DNA from: Sphacelaria rigidula
Lineage: Eukaryota
Assembly: GCA_964200075.2 (NCBI GenBank)
Contig: CAXNAA020000026.1
Span: 1-34,340, forward strand
Reading direction: 5' to 3'
Length of the DNA: 34,340 nt
Shown: in pieces, positions 10,801 through 25,800 of the stretch
Layout of the letters: each line of letters starts with the position of its first letter
Numbering within the stretch: position 1 is the first letter of the stretch
Program-made: the position numbers and the translations under genes
Notes under the pieces: model-generated
Databases searched by the model: none
Told to the model about the DNA's origin: nothing
The model's input: only the letters and a program-made list of their open reading frames with translations

Positions 10801-13800
10801 AGCAGGGCGTAGCGTGCCATAGTTTTTAGGCACGTAGCGTTGCGTGTAAGTTCTCTTCGCCAGTGGAGCAGTCGCGGAGTAACTGTCTCGGCTATTTACC
10901 CTCACCAGGAAGCGTTCTTGGACAATCTGATTGTCCGTGAAAAGGAAACCGACGTCCTGTCCCTTGACGCCTGCCTTTGTGAACATGATCTGCAGACGAA
11001 ACGATCGAAGGATATTTCACATGAAGACATGAATATTCACGCCGGAAAAGAAGGAGCAAAGGGGCAAAGAGCAGAACATCCTTGTCACTTGTTATTAACG
11101 CTGCAACACGAGCTCTGAATTGCAATAGTTCGCTTGTTGACCACGAACGTTTGGGGGATGGATACTTCACCTGAAGGTCGGTCTTGAAGTCGTTGAGACC
11201 GTAGCCCTTGCTTATGACGATTGTCATGGGAATGAGTTCTGTCATATAAATAGCCAATTTGGCGAGTGACTGTTTCCCGCTCCCGCCCACCCCGATAAGC
11301 ATGGCGTGTCCACCAGCTTGCTTCAGCACTCGACTTACGCGAGCCACATGCAGGCATGCCTACAACACGGCAAGGACACCGTAGCATATCACGAAGACAC
11401 AAGCATATATTCGCAGCATTTCCATCAGATATATTTCCGCCAGTCTCCACAATATCAAGCCTGTGGCATTTCAGATTAGCACCCTTGCAGAATGCCGTAG
11501 GTAAGTAATATGTATTTCGTTGTTGAGGCAGACTTTCCCGGGTGTGGGACGGCGAGCTTGTGCACGTGCATGACGTATTGCGACGCACTTACGTTCGAAT
11601 TCAAACTACATACCTCATCAAACAATACTAGATCCATGACAGCATTGGAGGCGTTGTACTCCAGGAGTGTGCCCTCTAGCGTCTCCCTGACCAAGTCGAG
11701 GCGGGGGCGGGGCGTACTCATTTGTTGCTTCCTTAGACGTGTGACCGTTGACCACGCATCCCTCTCGAGACGGAGCATAAGTCGAGGCGGGGTGGGGGAC
11801 ATGGATTGCTATCTACACTCAACTTTTCTTTCAGCTGGCGAGGGAGAGTTAACGAAACCATGGTACATTCGAATGCTTTATGGGCAGATGGTCTGTCTCC
11901 TTGCCAGGACCCACAGTAAAATGACAGGTGACATATACGGCTGGCCTGCTAATTCTGGTGCACAAATGCGCTTGTTGAACAACTGTGTCTTAGTCCCACC
12001 TGAGAGTATCGATAGACTCTACTTGAATGTACTCTCCGTCTGCGGTGAAGTTGAAAATCAGAGGCTGCCCTGCTGCAGCATTTCCGGTAGAAACTTCCAG
12101 GAAGAATCGAGAACAGTTGTACTGCGGGAAGGCTTTCTTGGCTTGAGTCGACATTATAGCCCTGAAGCGGTTCATGTCTTGCCGACTCACCTATCATCCC
12201 AAAATTTCGACGTCGCAGAAGAAAAGTACATGAAGGGTGACGAACTGTCGAGGATATAGGCATACTTTGAATGAAGTATATCCCAACGGCGCATGTGTCG
12301 CGGCATCAGATCAAGTGTAGAAATATCCTCGGTTGACACTTTCTACGATAGCCCCCCCCCCAAAAAAACGCACGGTTTTGGGAGGCAAAACCTTCACGTA
12401 AATTGAAATGGGAGAAGCCGAGCACAACGAGAAGCTGGGAATTCCCACGCTTGGGTTCATTCTAGCCAATGTCGCCAATATGAGGCACTTCATGCAGCCT
12501 GACCCCGAACATGAGGCGCTGTATGGCCACTATTTCGTGACACTTTTGGGCTGGTTTTGGGGGGGGGCTATCGTAGAAAGTGTCGTCTACAATACCTGGT
12601 TTAGACTCACCAAACGATCACCGTACACTCTTTCGCTTTCATGGAGCCAAAGGCAGACCAGTTGCTCTCCCTGTCCGAAATTTTTCGGGTGTGCCTTGAG
12701 CAGTCCTTCGAACACGTTGGTGAGGTGCCGCATGTTGAACTCGTAGTGGAAATTTGCCGTAGTTTTGCGGAACGTGTCGCTCACCTAGACCGGCACGAAC
12801 AAGGGGATTTCGCCGACCTACGTGACCGACCGATTGGTGGAGTATTTTACTACTTTCTCGAAAACAACATACCTAGGCGCAATGCCGATCCCGATTGCGA
12901 CCTGCTTTCGACTTGCGACACATGACCTTAGTCGATTATGGCTACTACTCTCGTAACGACGCAAGGATACGATACCTCCTTATGCACGCTCAAAGCACCC
13001 TTGATGAGACTCGAGCAAACTTGCACCACTCCAGGTTGGAATCGTTTGCCGCCGTGATCTTGGCGAAGGTGACCCTCCAAAAACGTCTCGAAGATGGCTA
13101 GAAGAGATGTGGGACTCGGCATTCCAATGGCGAAAGCCAAAAAGTGCCGTTGTAGGCGAGGGTTTATCTGTCGGTTAGGCGAACAAGTAGGTTTTGTATC
13201 TTCGAGGGGACTGTTTTCAGCATCATAATTTAGCTCCACGTGTGCGGTAGTCTCGTCGTAAAAGTGGAAGCTTAGAGAGCTTACCAGCAACGCCTCTTGG
13301 CTAGCATTTTAAGTCAGAATCTTTGCCAAAGAGAAACGGTGTATCCCGTCAAGGAACATTCAGCAATGGGCAAGAATCATAGATTAACACATTCGTGGCG
13401 AAGGAATCATATATTTTTTTCAATCAGGGACAACGCGTTCCTTACTTGACGATCATATGCTTGACGAGTACCGGGTAGACGTACTCCATGACTCGCACCT
13501 GGAAGGAGCCAGCCGTAGGATTCATGGCAGTCACGTACTGGCAGTCGCTAATGTTTTGAACCGCAAGCTTGGATGCAGCGTACCTGGGCAGAGAACGAGG
13601 AGGGCGAAGACGATTTTACAGCGACACCAACCCAGCTGATGGATAAATCTTAGAGAGATGTCGACAGTGCCACTGCCGGCTATGACCTCATATTTATTGC
13701 GGTGTTTACGACACCGCATTTAACTAGGAAGGTTGACAGGTGAACTTTGTGACGATCACGAGCCATGTGTTGCTGTTAGTGTATCCGTCAGGGACAGTGC

Positions 13801-16800
13801 GGGCGGGACGACAAGGCTTGTCCGTGTCTCGTCGGCTAACCAATGAAAACTCAAATTTCTCCATCTACCAACATAGTGTCTACAATACTGCACCAGTGCC
13901 CATAGTCCATATGTTGCCGAATAAGGGCTATCGCCGATTGGGTGTTATAGGCGTCCAGAGCCGGCAGGTTCAAGTCGTCGACGAAATAGATCATTTTCGA
14001 TGATGCTGGAGGTCCATAATTGCTGCCCGACTTCTTCTGTAGGCTGGATATCATGCTTGACTGCAGGACCGCAGCGCTGCGAACAACATGGTCGAGTGGC
14101 AAGTGAAAAAGGAATGTAGAGTACGTGTATTTTCGACAAACGCCGTGTGTTGAACATCGAACAACGCGGGTGTCACTGCACAATCGACTGTGCACAAGTG
14201 AGGCACAGGGCACAGAGGATAAACACCAGAGAACCTAGTACGTCGGTACACGAAACAGAATTTATGTCGCGCTGATAGGCCATGGCTCTTGCACCTGGTA
14301 TAGAAGTTCATGTTGATCTTGGTCGAAAGGTAGTCGCTTCCTTGTTGTTCCAGCAAGGTCCTAAGCACGCCCATGACCAATTGTGTCTTGCCTGTTCCTG
14401 CTGGACCAACAAGCATCACGGCCTTACCCTGAGTCATGCGCTGTTCCATCCAGAATGTTGCCGACGCAGTTTCTGCTGTAGGGACTGTCACCTAGGACGT
14501 TTGACGGGGAGGATAACGATAAAACGCGTGCGAATACATACCCCTTCATGTCGTTTCGGTAATTGTGATACTGCAAGCGACGTTGCGATCGAGAATAATT
14601 ATACCAAGATGTGCGCCTGAGGGTGTCGGACCGACTTCCATTGGACCACACATCTGAGAAAAAATACGTGTGTGGACCGCTTTGAATCGTTTTTATCCTT
14701 GTGTCCATCACCATCACCTTGGGATTGTGCAGATTATGTATTGGACATAGATCTCATACGTAGATTCTCGGGCATATAGTCAACCAGCCTGGTAGGAGCC
14801 AGTGCGGTTCAGTACAAAGTACCGACAGGAACGATCCGGGAACCAGTACTGTAGCCAGTGTTTAGTCTAGCCAGACCGGCCCCGCGGCTCTATGTTGTAA
14901 GCTCTACAGTTGGGGTTTAGGGCTGAGATTCAGAGAGCGAAGGTTCAGATAGAGCTGTACACCAGCGGGTGACGTCTGAATGAATAACGAAAAGCACGGC
15001 GATGCAGCGCCCCACTCGGGTACGTCGTCTGCTCAACCCATCAAGATCTCTCGTGACAATTGCCTTGCTCCGCTATGAAACGGTGCACTGCGAGGAAGCG
15101 CGCCACGGCTACACCAAACAACACCTCACAAGTGCACAGGGATAACAGCGCTCGCTAGAGTCATGTTACTTGAGATCAGATCATCTGCAAAAAGATGTTT
15201 CGGCCGAGTTTCTCCCAAACCTGAAGTGCACTCTTTTACTGATGTTCACGGCTACAAACTTCATGTTCGCCTCTTGACTTTATTCGGTGGCATAGGCTGT
15301 ACCCCCCTGCAAAAAGAACAGCACCCCCCTGCGAGAAAAATGGCGCAGGTAATCGAAAACACTATGCTATCGGCCATGAGCTCGTTCCATGCAACCTGGG
15401 TTTGTCTCAAACGGCGAAGTGGTTGCCGGGATTTGTAAAACGTACTTGGTAACGGGTTGTTTTAGGACGCTACCGTTCAAGTTTTAGCTCATTATCCGTT
15501 CGCGTTGTTCATCATATCGGCATCGTGGGGCGTAAATATGACAGAAGCGTATTGCTGGGCATCAGGGCTTTCCAGGAAACGTCATCTCACTCAACACTGT
15601 ACCCTACGTGTTGGTGCAACAGACTGAATGTGCCCCCTTCCTTCGCCTTACGTGACTGCAAGGAAGATGTCAATGGTTTTTTCCAGTTCCTAGTTTGCTC
15701 GCTCAAATCATGACGGCGTCTTCACGGGGGAAGATGACGCTGAGAAACATGGTATCAGCAATCGCTGCTTTCCGGCAGGGGTGACCACAGTCAACGACTA
15801 GTTTGTCGCGGTTACCGAATTACCCAACGCATTTTGCGAAGACGCTGCAAAACAAGTTTGATACGCACGAACAGTCTGTCAGGAACTCTTGTTGCAACGT
15901 GACAATAATACCGGATCGGAATAACTCCAAAATCATGCCGTTTGATGGTTTGACCGTTTCGTTTGCCGTTAAGATTTGTATACTTTCGGATTTGTGGTTA
16001 ATTGCCATAAAAGTTGGTCTCACCTACGTCGTGGCTTCCGAGATTCGATACGCACACGTGGTTGCATTAACATTGTGTTATGAATTGGTGTCACTGTCGT
16101 GGACAAACAGCCAACACGTAACGAGCGGAAAAGATATGCCAGGAAATGTATTCGATGGAGTTGCGACATTTGCATAGTGGCCATCGGTATTGATTCGTGG
16201 GAACACGATGATCTTGATTTTTTTAATGCCGACGATACTAGGAATACCTCACCTCGCTCATCTGCATTTTAGACGAATCGAAGTCAATAACTTTGAATAT
16301 GTTATGCTTTTTCCACGGCTCGAAGCTGCACTGCAGGTCGTCCTCCATGGACAGGAAGTAGTCGAATATGGTGTCTCGGGCCGGTAGCTTGACCTTTCTG
16401 CTGAACTCGCGTCTCCACCTATTCACGCGTATCATCGAACCCATCACTGTTCAGCGCAAGTTACCACACCGTCCCTGTCGTGTCCTCAGCGTGCTGTGAG
16501 ACAGCTCAAACCTCCAATACCTGACCCGAACAAATATGAACCTAACCACCGTAAGACTTTGGTGTTGTACTGTTGTCTTGGTGTCTGCCTACAAAGCACG
16601 GCGACCAAAGAGACAGGGACAACGCTATGCAGTTTCGCCAACACAATATCGTAGGGAAATACGTCTGTTCCGTCCATCGTGTAGCTGGAAATGACTGGAC
16701 TACGCTGCGCCACAGTATATCCACCCCAGTGAGGAAGCAAACGACACCCGCGAAACCAACCATATGCTAACCAATCAGAGAAGAGCTTCCTGTAGTCGAT

Positions 16801-19800
16801 TCCGTCGTCTCCGAGGCCTAGCGCCGACCCGAAGGCCCATATAGCACAGAAGACAAACGAATGCTCCACCAGTGAAGGATCCGATAGCATGTGATCCTTC
16901 AAGAAAGTCTCCAACAGCTGTTACGCGGGTACCGTGTACGATATAAAAGCATGCTGAATTGTATCATCATGCTATTCACGAGAAGGTTGAACGATAGGAC
17001 CATAACCATGAGAGCATCAGCATCATGGTACCGGTTGGACTTGTGACGGTGTCGACGCCAGCACGGACTAACTCGGCCCATGGACATCGACGACCAGACC
17101 GACACATTTCGGGCGTGTCTCCCACGTGTCACGTCGCGTATTTGTCGTAGAATTATCTCCCGGTGATGGTGGTTGAACAGGATTAAGACATGGGTAACGC
17201 ATGGAGTTCAAGATGAGTTTTTTCTTGCACGGAATAATCAGCCGACTAGTCTAGTGGCGAGGGGATCGCGATTTGAGTTCAACGCATGTGGTTCACAGGG
17301 AGTGGAAATGACGTGGCGAGTTGGTGGGTCCAACAGAGGTTGAAGCTTGTCTCCCCAACACATGCACGAAATACGAAACCGCAAATCAACCGCACCTGCA
17401 ACAGAGCCGATACAGCTGTCGTTGGCTCGCACTCCACGCTGGTCTTCATCTGCGTGGATACACACTTCACTAACGGTGGAACGTACAATTCGAATAACTC
17501 TGACAGCTGTGCCTTCACCACCTCGTTATATCCAGATCCAGTTACCCAACTCGCGATGAGGGAGTGCCACTGTTGGCCTTCTACCGTAGACATGTACAGA
17601 ATGCCTGCGCGGCTGACGGTCGCCGGCGTAGCATATGCTAGGTCCCGAATTTCGAATATCATACGCATGTGATCTCTCAGCGGAATACGCTCGTTCGACG
17701 CGAGGGTGAGCACCTGGACAAAACAGCAGCAGCAGCACCGTTTCTTGTAAAAAGTACGCAGGTATGCCGATAGGTATGGATACTACCGGACGAGAAGTTT
17801 GCCGAACACTGTTCCCTAACATATTGCAAAGTAGATGGAGCCAAGACCACCTGCCGACAGGTGTGCCATTTCGGGTTTTGCCCGTAAAAGGAGATAAGGC
17901 GAGCGATAGATGACTACCTCACCCTGTTATCGTCCATGACGGAGTTCATGCTTTCAATCCAATTGGCGTCGAGATCGCCATCCAGAATAATCCATTTTGG
18001 TGCCTCGTTCGGAATAGCTCCAAGGTCGCGCATGATGGTGCTGAGTAGCCCATCTTTCCACTCCCTCGTCGAGAGCGAAATATGCCCGTAGAGTTCTTCC
18101 GTAGGCACCGTCTTGGGGTTCAGGTCTACATCCTGAACAGCATTCAAACACCCCCAGAATGGCGCGTGTACCCGAAAAAAGGATCATAAGGTGCCTACAG
18201 GTATGCTTCTTCATTTCAGCGATTAGTTTGTATGTGGGTCTATATCCTACTCGTCGATAACGAAATTCCCCGACTCGTTGCGCAAATATTTGGTAGATGT
18301 CCGCGGAGTATACGTGTTCGCCTAGTTTCCGCTGGAATAGATCAATCTCTCACCTTAACCTTGTTGTTGGGGTCAAGACGATTTCGTGCTTCTTTTAGGA
18401 CTTTCCAGCAACTGCTTTTGCCGGCACCAGCTTGGCCCACGATGAAGTTGCAGTGGCGGACAGCGAGAAGCTCGTTTAATTGCGAAACCTTGTGAGCAAA
18501 GCAAAAGCTAAATCATGACGCTGACAGATAGTAGTTTTAGGATATTGCTCATATTCGCGGGGAGAGCTACAACGTAGGACGCACGTTGAGACCAAAGGCT
18601 AAGCGGGCTGTGTGTTCACCCGGTCGTGTTGCTGTACTGCATATCACACTCGTTACGTTTACCTATGTTTGCGTGTACTCCAGCGTGACCTTGAACATCA
18701 CTCTTCAACCATGAAACTAGCGTGGACCGGTCTCACTCACTTTGAGAACAAATGTGTCGTCTGGCCAAAGATTCATATCTTCGCTCACTTCCCGGACACA
18801 GGCATTGAGTTGATCGTTCACGAGTCTTGGTGGATTGATGGACGGGAACAAGTCATTCAGCAGCCCGAAGAACACGGCCTGCAAAATGAGTGATGTTTAT
18901 GCGAGATTTACGCACCGTGTTTTACAGTCTTCAGAGACGCACAAGAGTGAGTGAAGCGAGGCAAGGACTTCAGACGATGGCCGGTGAGGACACTTTATCT
19001 AGGGCAAGCGTTCTAGCGACCAGGCCATGTGCTTCGATGGTGGCCGCGCACAGGGAGCGCTTATGTGTTTCCGCCGCTTTCGATTACCGCGTACATTAGG
19101 GTGAACACTTTTCGTCACCACTTGAAGGAGGCCCTGGATTGGTGAAGTACACGTAGCTATCCAACGCTCACCTCGTCGCTGTGAACGATCTTCGGCGTAT
19201 TGAAGTCTCGTAGCGCTCGCATAAGCAAGGTGTCCTCCGGAAGGGCTGGTGCTGCGCGCTTGAGCATTCCCGCGACCACCAGCACTGATTTTACAGCTCG
19301 CATTCCCCAATCGTAGTGATCCTAAACGCACGTATGTACGTACGTATGTACGCCACGGTGAGCACTTCAAGTAAGAACATGTGCGAAATATTAGGAAGTT
19401 TCAATGCAATGTATATATAGTTTTTGCCATGATACGTTCCTCCCAGATAGCACGGAGTCATATGTACAGTATAATAAGCATGCCGAGGCAACTTTGAAGA
19501 CGATTCCTGTCGACATCAATCTCAGCATTGGCACGATGTTCTAACATCAACTGTCTTATCTATTCTTTCTCGACTTCGGCCGTCGTAGCTAGCTGCACCT
19601 GTTTACTGAGTAGTTCCTGCAACAGCGAGTAGAGGCCGTGGAACTTGGAGGCGAGGGCCTTGGCTCTCATGAAGCCTTCCGCCATGAGCATGTTTTCGCA
19701 AATGAGGACCAGGTCGGGGACCATGACGGTGATGGGTCGGAACAGCACCTAACCGTACGATGATCGGGAAATCGGGAACGCACCAGTTGGCGCAGCTGGA

Positions 19801-22800
19801 ATGGGCCACGTGTCCATTTCAGACACAAATGATTAGGAGGTGTCAAGACAGGGGCAGAAAATTGCATTACTCTTCAGAGAGCTTCACGAAAGCACCCATC
19901 ATGTTAGTGAAGGGTGGCCCGACCCGTCGCTCACTTTGAGACCTTCTGGAAGCTCGGAACGGCCGAGGTACCCAGGGTTCATGGTGATGAACACACCACA
20001 ACCAGGGTCTAGGCTGACTCGATCGTCCTCAATGACAATAGAATGACGTGAAGTGTCGGTGGTGCTGCCATCGACTTGCGCTACTGCGTGGGCCCTCAAG
20101 CCGTCGGTCACTGCCTTGAACTGCAAGGAGCATACCGACAGCACCTCCGGGATGAGACGATTAAATTCGTCGAAGCAGCCCCATGCTCCTGACGATGCCA
20201 ATCCTGGGGTGGGTGATTGGGGGCGTGTGGAAGTTCGGAATAGACATGAAAGGCAGCGACTAATACTAAAGTACATAGAACTGCCACCATCGATACCGCA
20301 GAACGCCTTGAGGAAATTACGCAGAGAGGCGCGGAAAGAGAGACCAGGCAAGGCTGTTTGCTACGGTGCAGCTGCAGCGCAGGGCGCCTGCACACCTTTG
20401 AAAATGTCACCAAGACTCTGGTAGTCCATCTCTGGGGAGCAGTTGAAAACGTAGCAGCACTTCCCCAGAGCGGCGGCAAGGTCCTTTGTCGTTTCAGTCT
20501 TTCCTGTGCCGGCAGGTCCTGCGGGAGCGCATCCCATCTTGAGTTGTAGCGCCTGAGAAATCAGAGGACCCGCACCAAGGGATTTCCGTTGAATTATATA
20601 ACAGGAACCGTGGCCGGATAATGCCCGTGGCTACGTCTCATCCAATACCCGAAGCACTACCGCCCTGTGCGGCCTCGCCGTTTTCGATCAAATGATCAAC
20701 TTATGAAAGTAATAAACTCAAGGACGTAACCTATGCACTAGTATTCTAGGTAGACCCATATCGTATGTAACCTAAAACACGGTTTGAAGGCACCATTTTC
20801 AACGCGAAAGAAGGACACTAACCTGCGTAGCTGTCACGTAAATCCTGTCTGTCAAGGGCGTGATAACGAGACGAGGACCGTTTCCTAGGAACTCAAAACC
20901 ATACTCGAACGAAGCGTCACAAGCTTCCACTGTCGCCAGAGGAAGCTTCGGGTCCGACGAATGCCCTGATTCCCCTTTGAAGCGTTGCTTCAGTTGAGAA
21001 GCCCACTGAAAGTCGGCCTAACGCGTCGAAACGAGCAAGACGGCCAGTAGACACATTGGACTCGGTGTGAACTCGTTCATTTTGCGTCAGTTGTTCGGGC
21101 AACCTACGAGCCATGTGGAGGGGCACATGCAAGTACTACGCCGGTCGAGAGCACAAGGTCCGAAAGATTACGAAGAGCGTTGATGAGCTGAGCACTCTCA
21201 CCTTGTCAGTGACGTTCTCTCGGATTAACATCAAAACAACATCGCGAGCGTGGGCATCCATGGTGATGAGGCTCATGATCCGCTGACGATCGTCTCGCTT
21301 AAGTTCAGATCTAGTCAGCTCGATCAATTGGTTGAGCTGGTTTACCTGTTATGGTACAAACAGCACAGGTGGACCAGGGCATACCTTTAAAGCTCTCACG
21401 CGAGGTGTCGAAAAGCGGAGACCACAAACATGTGCCGTTCACAGTGAGGTGTGCTGAAGAATATAGCCACACGGCGGCAAAGGAAGGCACAGAGATAAAG
21501 TTGGCACCTAGCTGTCGGAAATGCTCAGCTATGGTGTATACATGTCAATTTTTGAAATTCCAAGGCTCTTGGTGTGTGACGATCGAATCGATCAAGCGCT
21601 GCACGCGTATCACGAGCACCACAGTATGGCTCTTCAGCGTTGATTGCTGCATTCTAGTGAAATTCCACTCGTGCTGCTTTGTTTTCATAAAGCATACTTA
21701 CTTGAAGATCGTGGTAGCCGCCTAGGGCGGTGCTGTCACCTCCATCGACCCGTTGTAAAGTGGCTTCCACCTCCAATACGTAGTGAATCCCCGCAACCAA
21801 AAGGGCCACCTGGTCAATAAGAACGAGCACGCATTTATGCTGCACGTTTGGTCATCAGGCGCCAAACATACATCCCCCTAGCAATCCTTCGAATGATATC
21901 ATCGCTGATTCCTATCAAATGCAGGACTGCTGAATTCGTAGCCAAGCGTCGTCAGTCCACACGGAAAGCGGACGATCTGGGTCACATACCTGAGCTGGGT
22001 CCGTTTTGTTGATTGATCCCGGCGGGTCTGCGTTCATGAGCCATTCCACGCGAGCCTGATTTGGGTAGCGCTGAAGGGACCGTTTGAGGGTATTCCCCAA
22101 AGTTTTTTTCTGACACTCGAGCACCTCTTGTAGGTAAGCTTCAACCTGACAGCAAGAAAGTGCCATCATTTGGTGATTCAGTGGACAAGCAAATCTCGTA
22201 TCTCACAAGAGCAGACAATGCAAGACTCAATCAAGACTCTATGAAGGAATCGTACGTATACCCAACGGTAGAGAGAAACGCCACCGGAGGCACCTTTCAG
22301 CCCTTTAAACGTAAAAGTAAGGCCTAAACAACGCAACGTGCCTTTACTTTCAATACCAAAAAATATCACCTTACCCTCCAGGAGCACAGCAGGTTCGAAA
22401 TCAATTATTTCATCCCCGACGCCCGCCTCGAAACGGACAGCCCGTGGGCGATCGCTGATATTGCCCGGCATGGCCTCCAATTCTAACGTGCTAGTGGACA
22501 GCATGAGCTTATCGATGTGCCTCAAGATCTTGGCCGGTTGGTTTCCGTTGGACAGTATGTCCAGCAGGTCAGCCTCACTCGTGAAGTGAAACCGCGGGAA
22601 CAGCCGTTTCTTACCGCTGCGCAGAAGTTTGCACAATGCGGCACGCAAGGAAACGTTTTAATAGTCTCAGAGTCGAATGGTCCTAGACAAAGTGTGGTGG
22701 AATACCTCTCGTTGTGATATTCGTGTCAAAGTTGAGGACCGTTTTTCCGATCCCAATGGCCGTACAAGGGAAAGAGAACAGATCGCCTCCCCTCAGGTTG

Positions 22801-25800
22801 TTCATTTAGCGTTGTCGTACCTGAGATACTCGCTCAGTGATTTCTTGCATTTTTCGAGTTCCACGACGATTATCTCGAGTTTTGGAACAAGACCTGGCTT
22901 GTTGCAGGCCGCCTTGACCTGTCGCATTCGAGAGAACAGAGGGCAGGAACGCGCTCATCCCTGATAGTTTCGATCGCAGGCGATCTAGACAGCGGGTATG
23001 CGGTTGAGCAATACAACAGATTATATATTTCGCATCAGGACCTTGTGGTGTGATGAAGACAACACAGCAGCAAAGTGTGTGAAAAGGACAGTCTGCACCA
23101 ACGTATGTTCACCTTCTTCACCGCCCACAGCTCAGTCAGCATGGCTTTGACCTCCCCGTCGATTTTCTGGAACCGTTTGGTGTCCAAGGGCAGCTCCTTT
23201 TTCACTTCTTCAGAGTGGATGAAAAGTGGCTCTAAGTAGCTCCACATTTGCTGCGAGACAAGCACACGCAGCGCTAAACTTTGCAAAGTTGACTGTCCGT
23301 CTCTATGGGGAGCGTGTTGTAGAAGGCATGCCACTGGCAAACCTGAAGGACTGCACTCGAGAAACTACAGTAGACAGCGACCGACGTTCTGACATCGACC
23401 AACGCCCATTTGGGATGTGAATCAAAGCGACATGCTAGATCGCCTCAGCATACCTGAATCTCATTAAGCATGGCCATCACGTCGCCAACGAATGATAGTG
23501 CGCGTTGCCATTCCAGGCTCTCCTTTTTGAAGTGAGTGTATCGGGATGCGACCATGGACTGAACGATCAACAGATCAGCTTCCAGTGCCTGTCGAGAGCG
23601 AATCAGGGTATGAGCAACGCACATTGGCAAAGGGATATCAACGTCTTGAAGCTGTCAACATTTACACACCGTGGCGAATATAACCGGTGCAACCTCAGCT
23701 TGAAGGCGCCATAAGCTCGAGGCCGTAGTATTCCAACATGGGAACGAAAAGTAAATCGTGCTGTCAAGAAGACGAGCTTCAACCGAAGCCATCCTCGGAT
23801 TACCTCTAGATCTTCCTCAGCCATCTTGATCAGAGGGGTTTCCGTTCCCGTTTGCAGAGTTGCTGTGACGCAGAACTCAATACGGGCCCACGTGTTTTGC
23901 AGGACCAACAGGGCCGCTTCTTGATGCGCCTCCTTTGCTGCCCTGTCGGCGATAGCCTCAACATCGTCTGCCATTTCCGCTAGGTCAAGGCTCAGCAGAT
24001 CCTGGTATATATATCGGAGCCCGCATCACTGATCAAAAATGGCAGATCAGTCACCCCGAACAGCGAGCAGGGCCGTACTATTTGAAAAAAAAACACTTAA
24101 TGGGCTGGCAAGGCCCCGATCACAGCAGAAGCAACGCAAACTTATCGCATGCGAAAGCTGATTCAGAATCGATAGCGCGAGTTATCACCCTACTGGTAAT
24201 CATGGATCTCGTACACATTTGAGCGTTACGTCATTCCAGAGAGGGAAACAAGCACGAGGATGATGTTGGCGGGCCAAGAGCGAATATATACCTTCAGCGT
24301 AAGTGAATGCTCCACATCCTGAAGAGGAAACCCAGCTGTGTCTCCATCGCTGGCGCCGAGGAGTTGCTCCCAGTGTCGATGGGACAGCTTAGAACGCTTG
24401 AGGCTCCCCACCAGGGGACACGTAGACTGAAAGCCTTTCGCTTGAGCGTACAAGCCCTTATATGCATCCGTTGAATGTAATTTTTTCGGTAGTTTCTTCA
24501 CCTACAGGATCATGCACGATTCCAAATAGTCACTCGCGTGCAAATACTTCGAAGGCTCACTATCGGAAGCGTTGATCAAGTACAAATTTCCATGGATCGT
24601 CAGCGTCAGCAAACGAGATCGATCGACCGCAAAAAATGCTGGAACGTCCTTGAGCTGAAATGGAATGGCACGCAAACATTGAAAGTCGTTCCGGGAACAA
24701 ATGACAAAAATACTCTGCCAGTACACCTATTTTTGGAACATTTGCTTAAATCGGGGTATGATCTCGTAGCACCCAACATTATCACGACATAAACGTCAAT
24801 TTTGCTACAAGTAGGCACTCGAACAACCTCCGTCGAGAGGATGGCCAGAGTAGTGGAGGGTACATTGAAGCTGTCAATCGAGGGAGCTTCGTTACTTACC
24901 TTGGACATGAGTTCTAATGCTGTGTCTTCGAAGCCCTCGGGGATCAGATCCTTCCATACGATCGCCTTGGAAAACACAATCGTATCGCTGCATGCACGAG
25001 CCTCTTGCCAGAGAAGGGTATACGCTTCATACAGCTCATCAACCTGTTCAATCCCAGAACTCAACATCGGTAGTCTATGGCGTCCAGGGGCTGCATCATC
25101 TTTTTGAATTGGCCGACCACGTAGTCTACAGGTGTGAGATTCGCAACGTATATGCTGGGTGCGCAAAACTCGAACACCAGAAAAAGTACGCTATACACAT
25201 ATGCTATCGCACCAGTCGATGTGAGAGACACAAGGAACACTGTCGCATACCTGAGTAATCAAGAGACGTGATTGAACTAGATCTCCCGATATCTGGAAAA
25301 TCTGGGCTAGCGCGTCAGCCTCCTTGACTCGTTCCCTCTGAGCATCAAACTCTTCATGAGCAATCTTCGGCATCGTCGTTGCAATAAACCGAGAGGGGAC
25401 GGAGATACAAACGATCGATGAACATGAAGGCTGAATGCATCTCACAATAGCTGCATGTTTTCCCCACATGACGCAAGAGTGTATCAAATAACGAGAAAAT
25501 GGCGTGCGATACTTCCGCGGGGTACCAAAGTCATAAAACACCTGCTGTGAGAGTCTGGCGATGATAACTTTATGATTCGTATCGTTCAAAACCACAGCTA
25601 CATGACTCACTCTCAACATCTCCAAGGCGACCTCAGGACCCGTGACCCACAGTGTGTACTCCGCAGTGGTGGCGATGTCGTAACTTGAACGCAGGAAGTT
25701 TTCCATGTCGACCACGTCGACCTTCAGTTTCGGTGCTTGAGCCTGGCATGAACAGCAACAACGGCGAATGCCGATGGACCGTTATCTTAAAGTTTCACCA

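Noticed and set aside
14911..14922. GGGTTTAGGG telomere-like word
   Set aside because: Barely more than one unit; expected by chance.
15820..16023. Exon-like ORF after a TAG|GTG site in the long intron
   Set aside because: No dynein similarity, it ends in a stop, and the flanking exons already join seamlessly.
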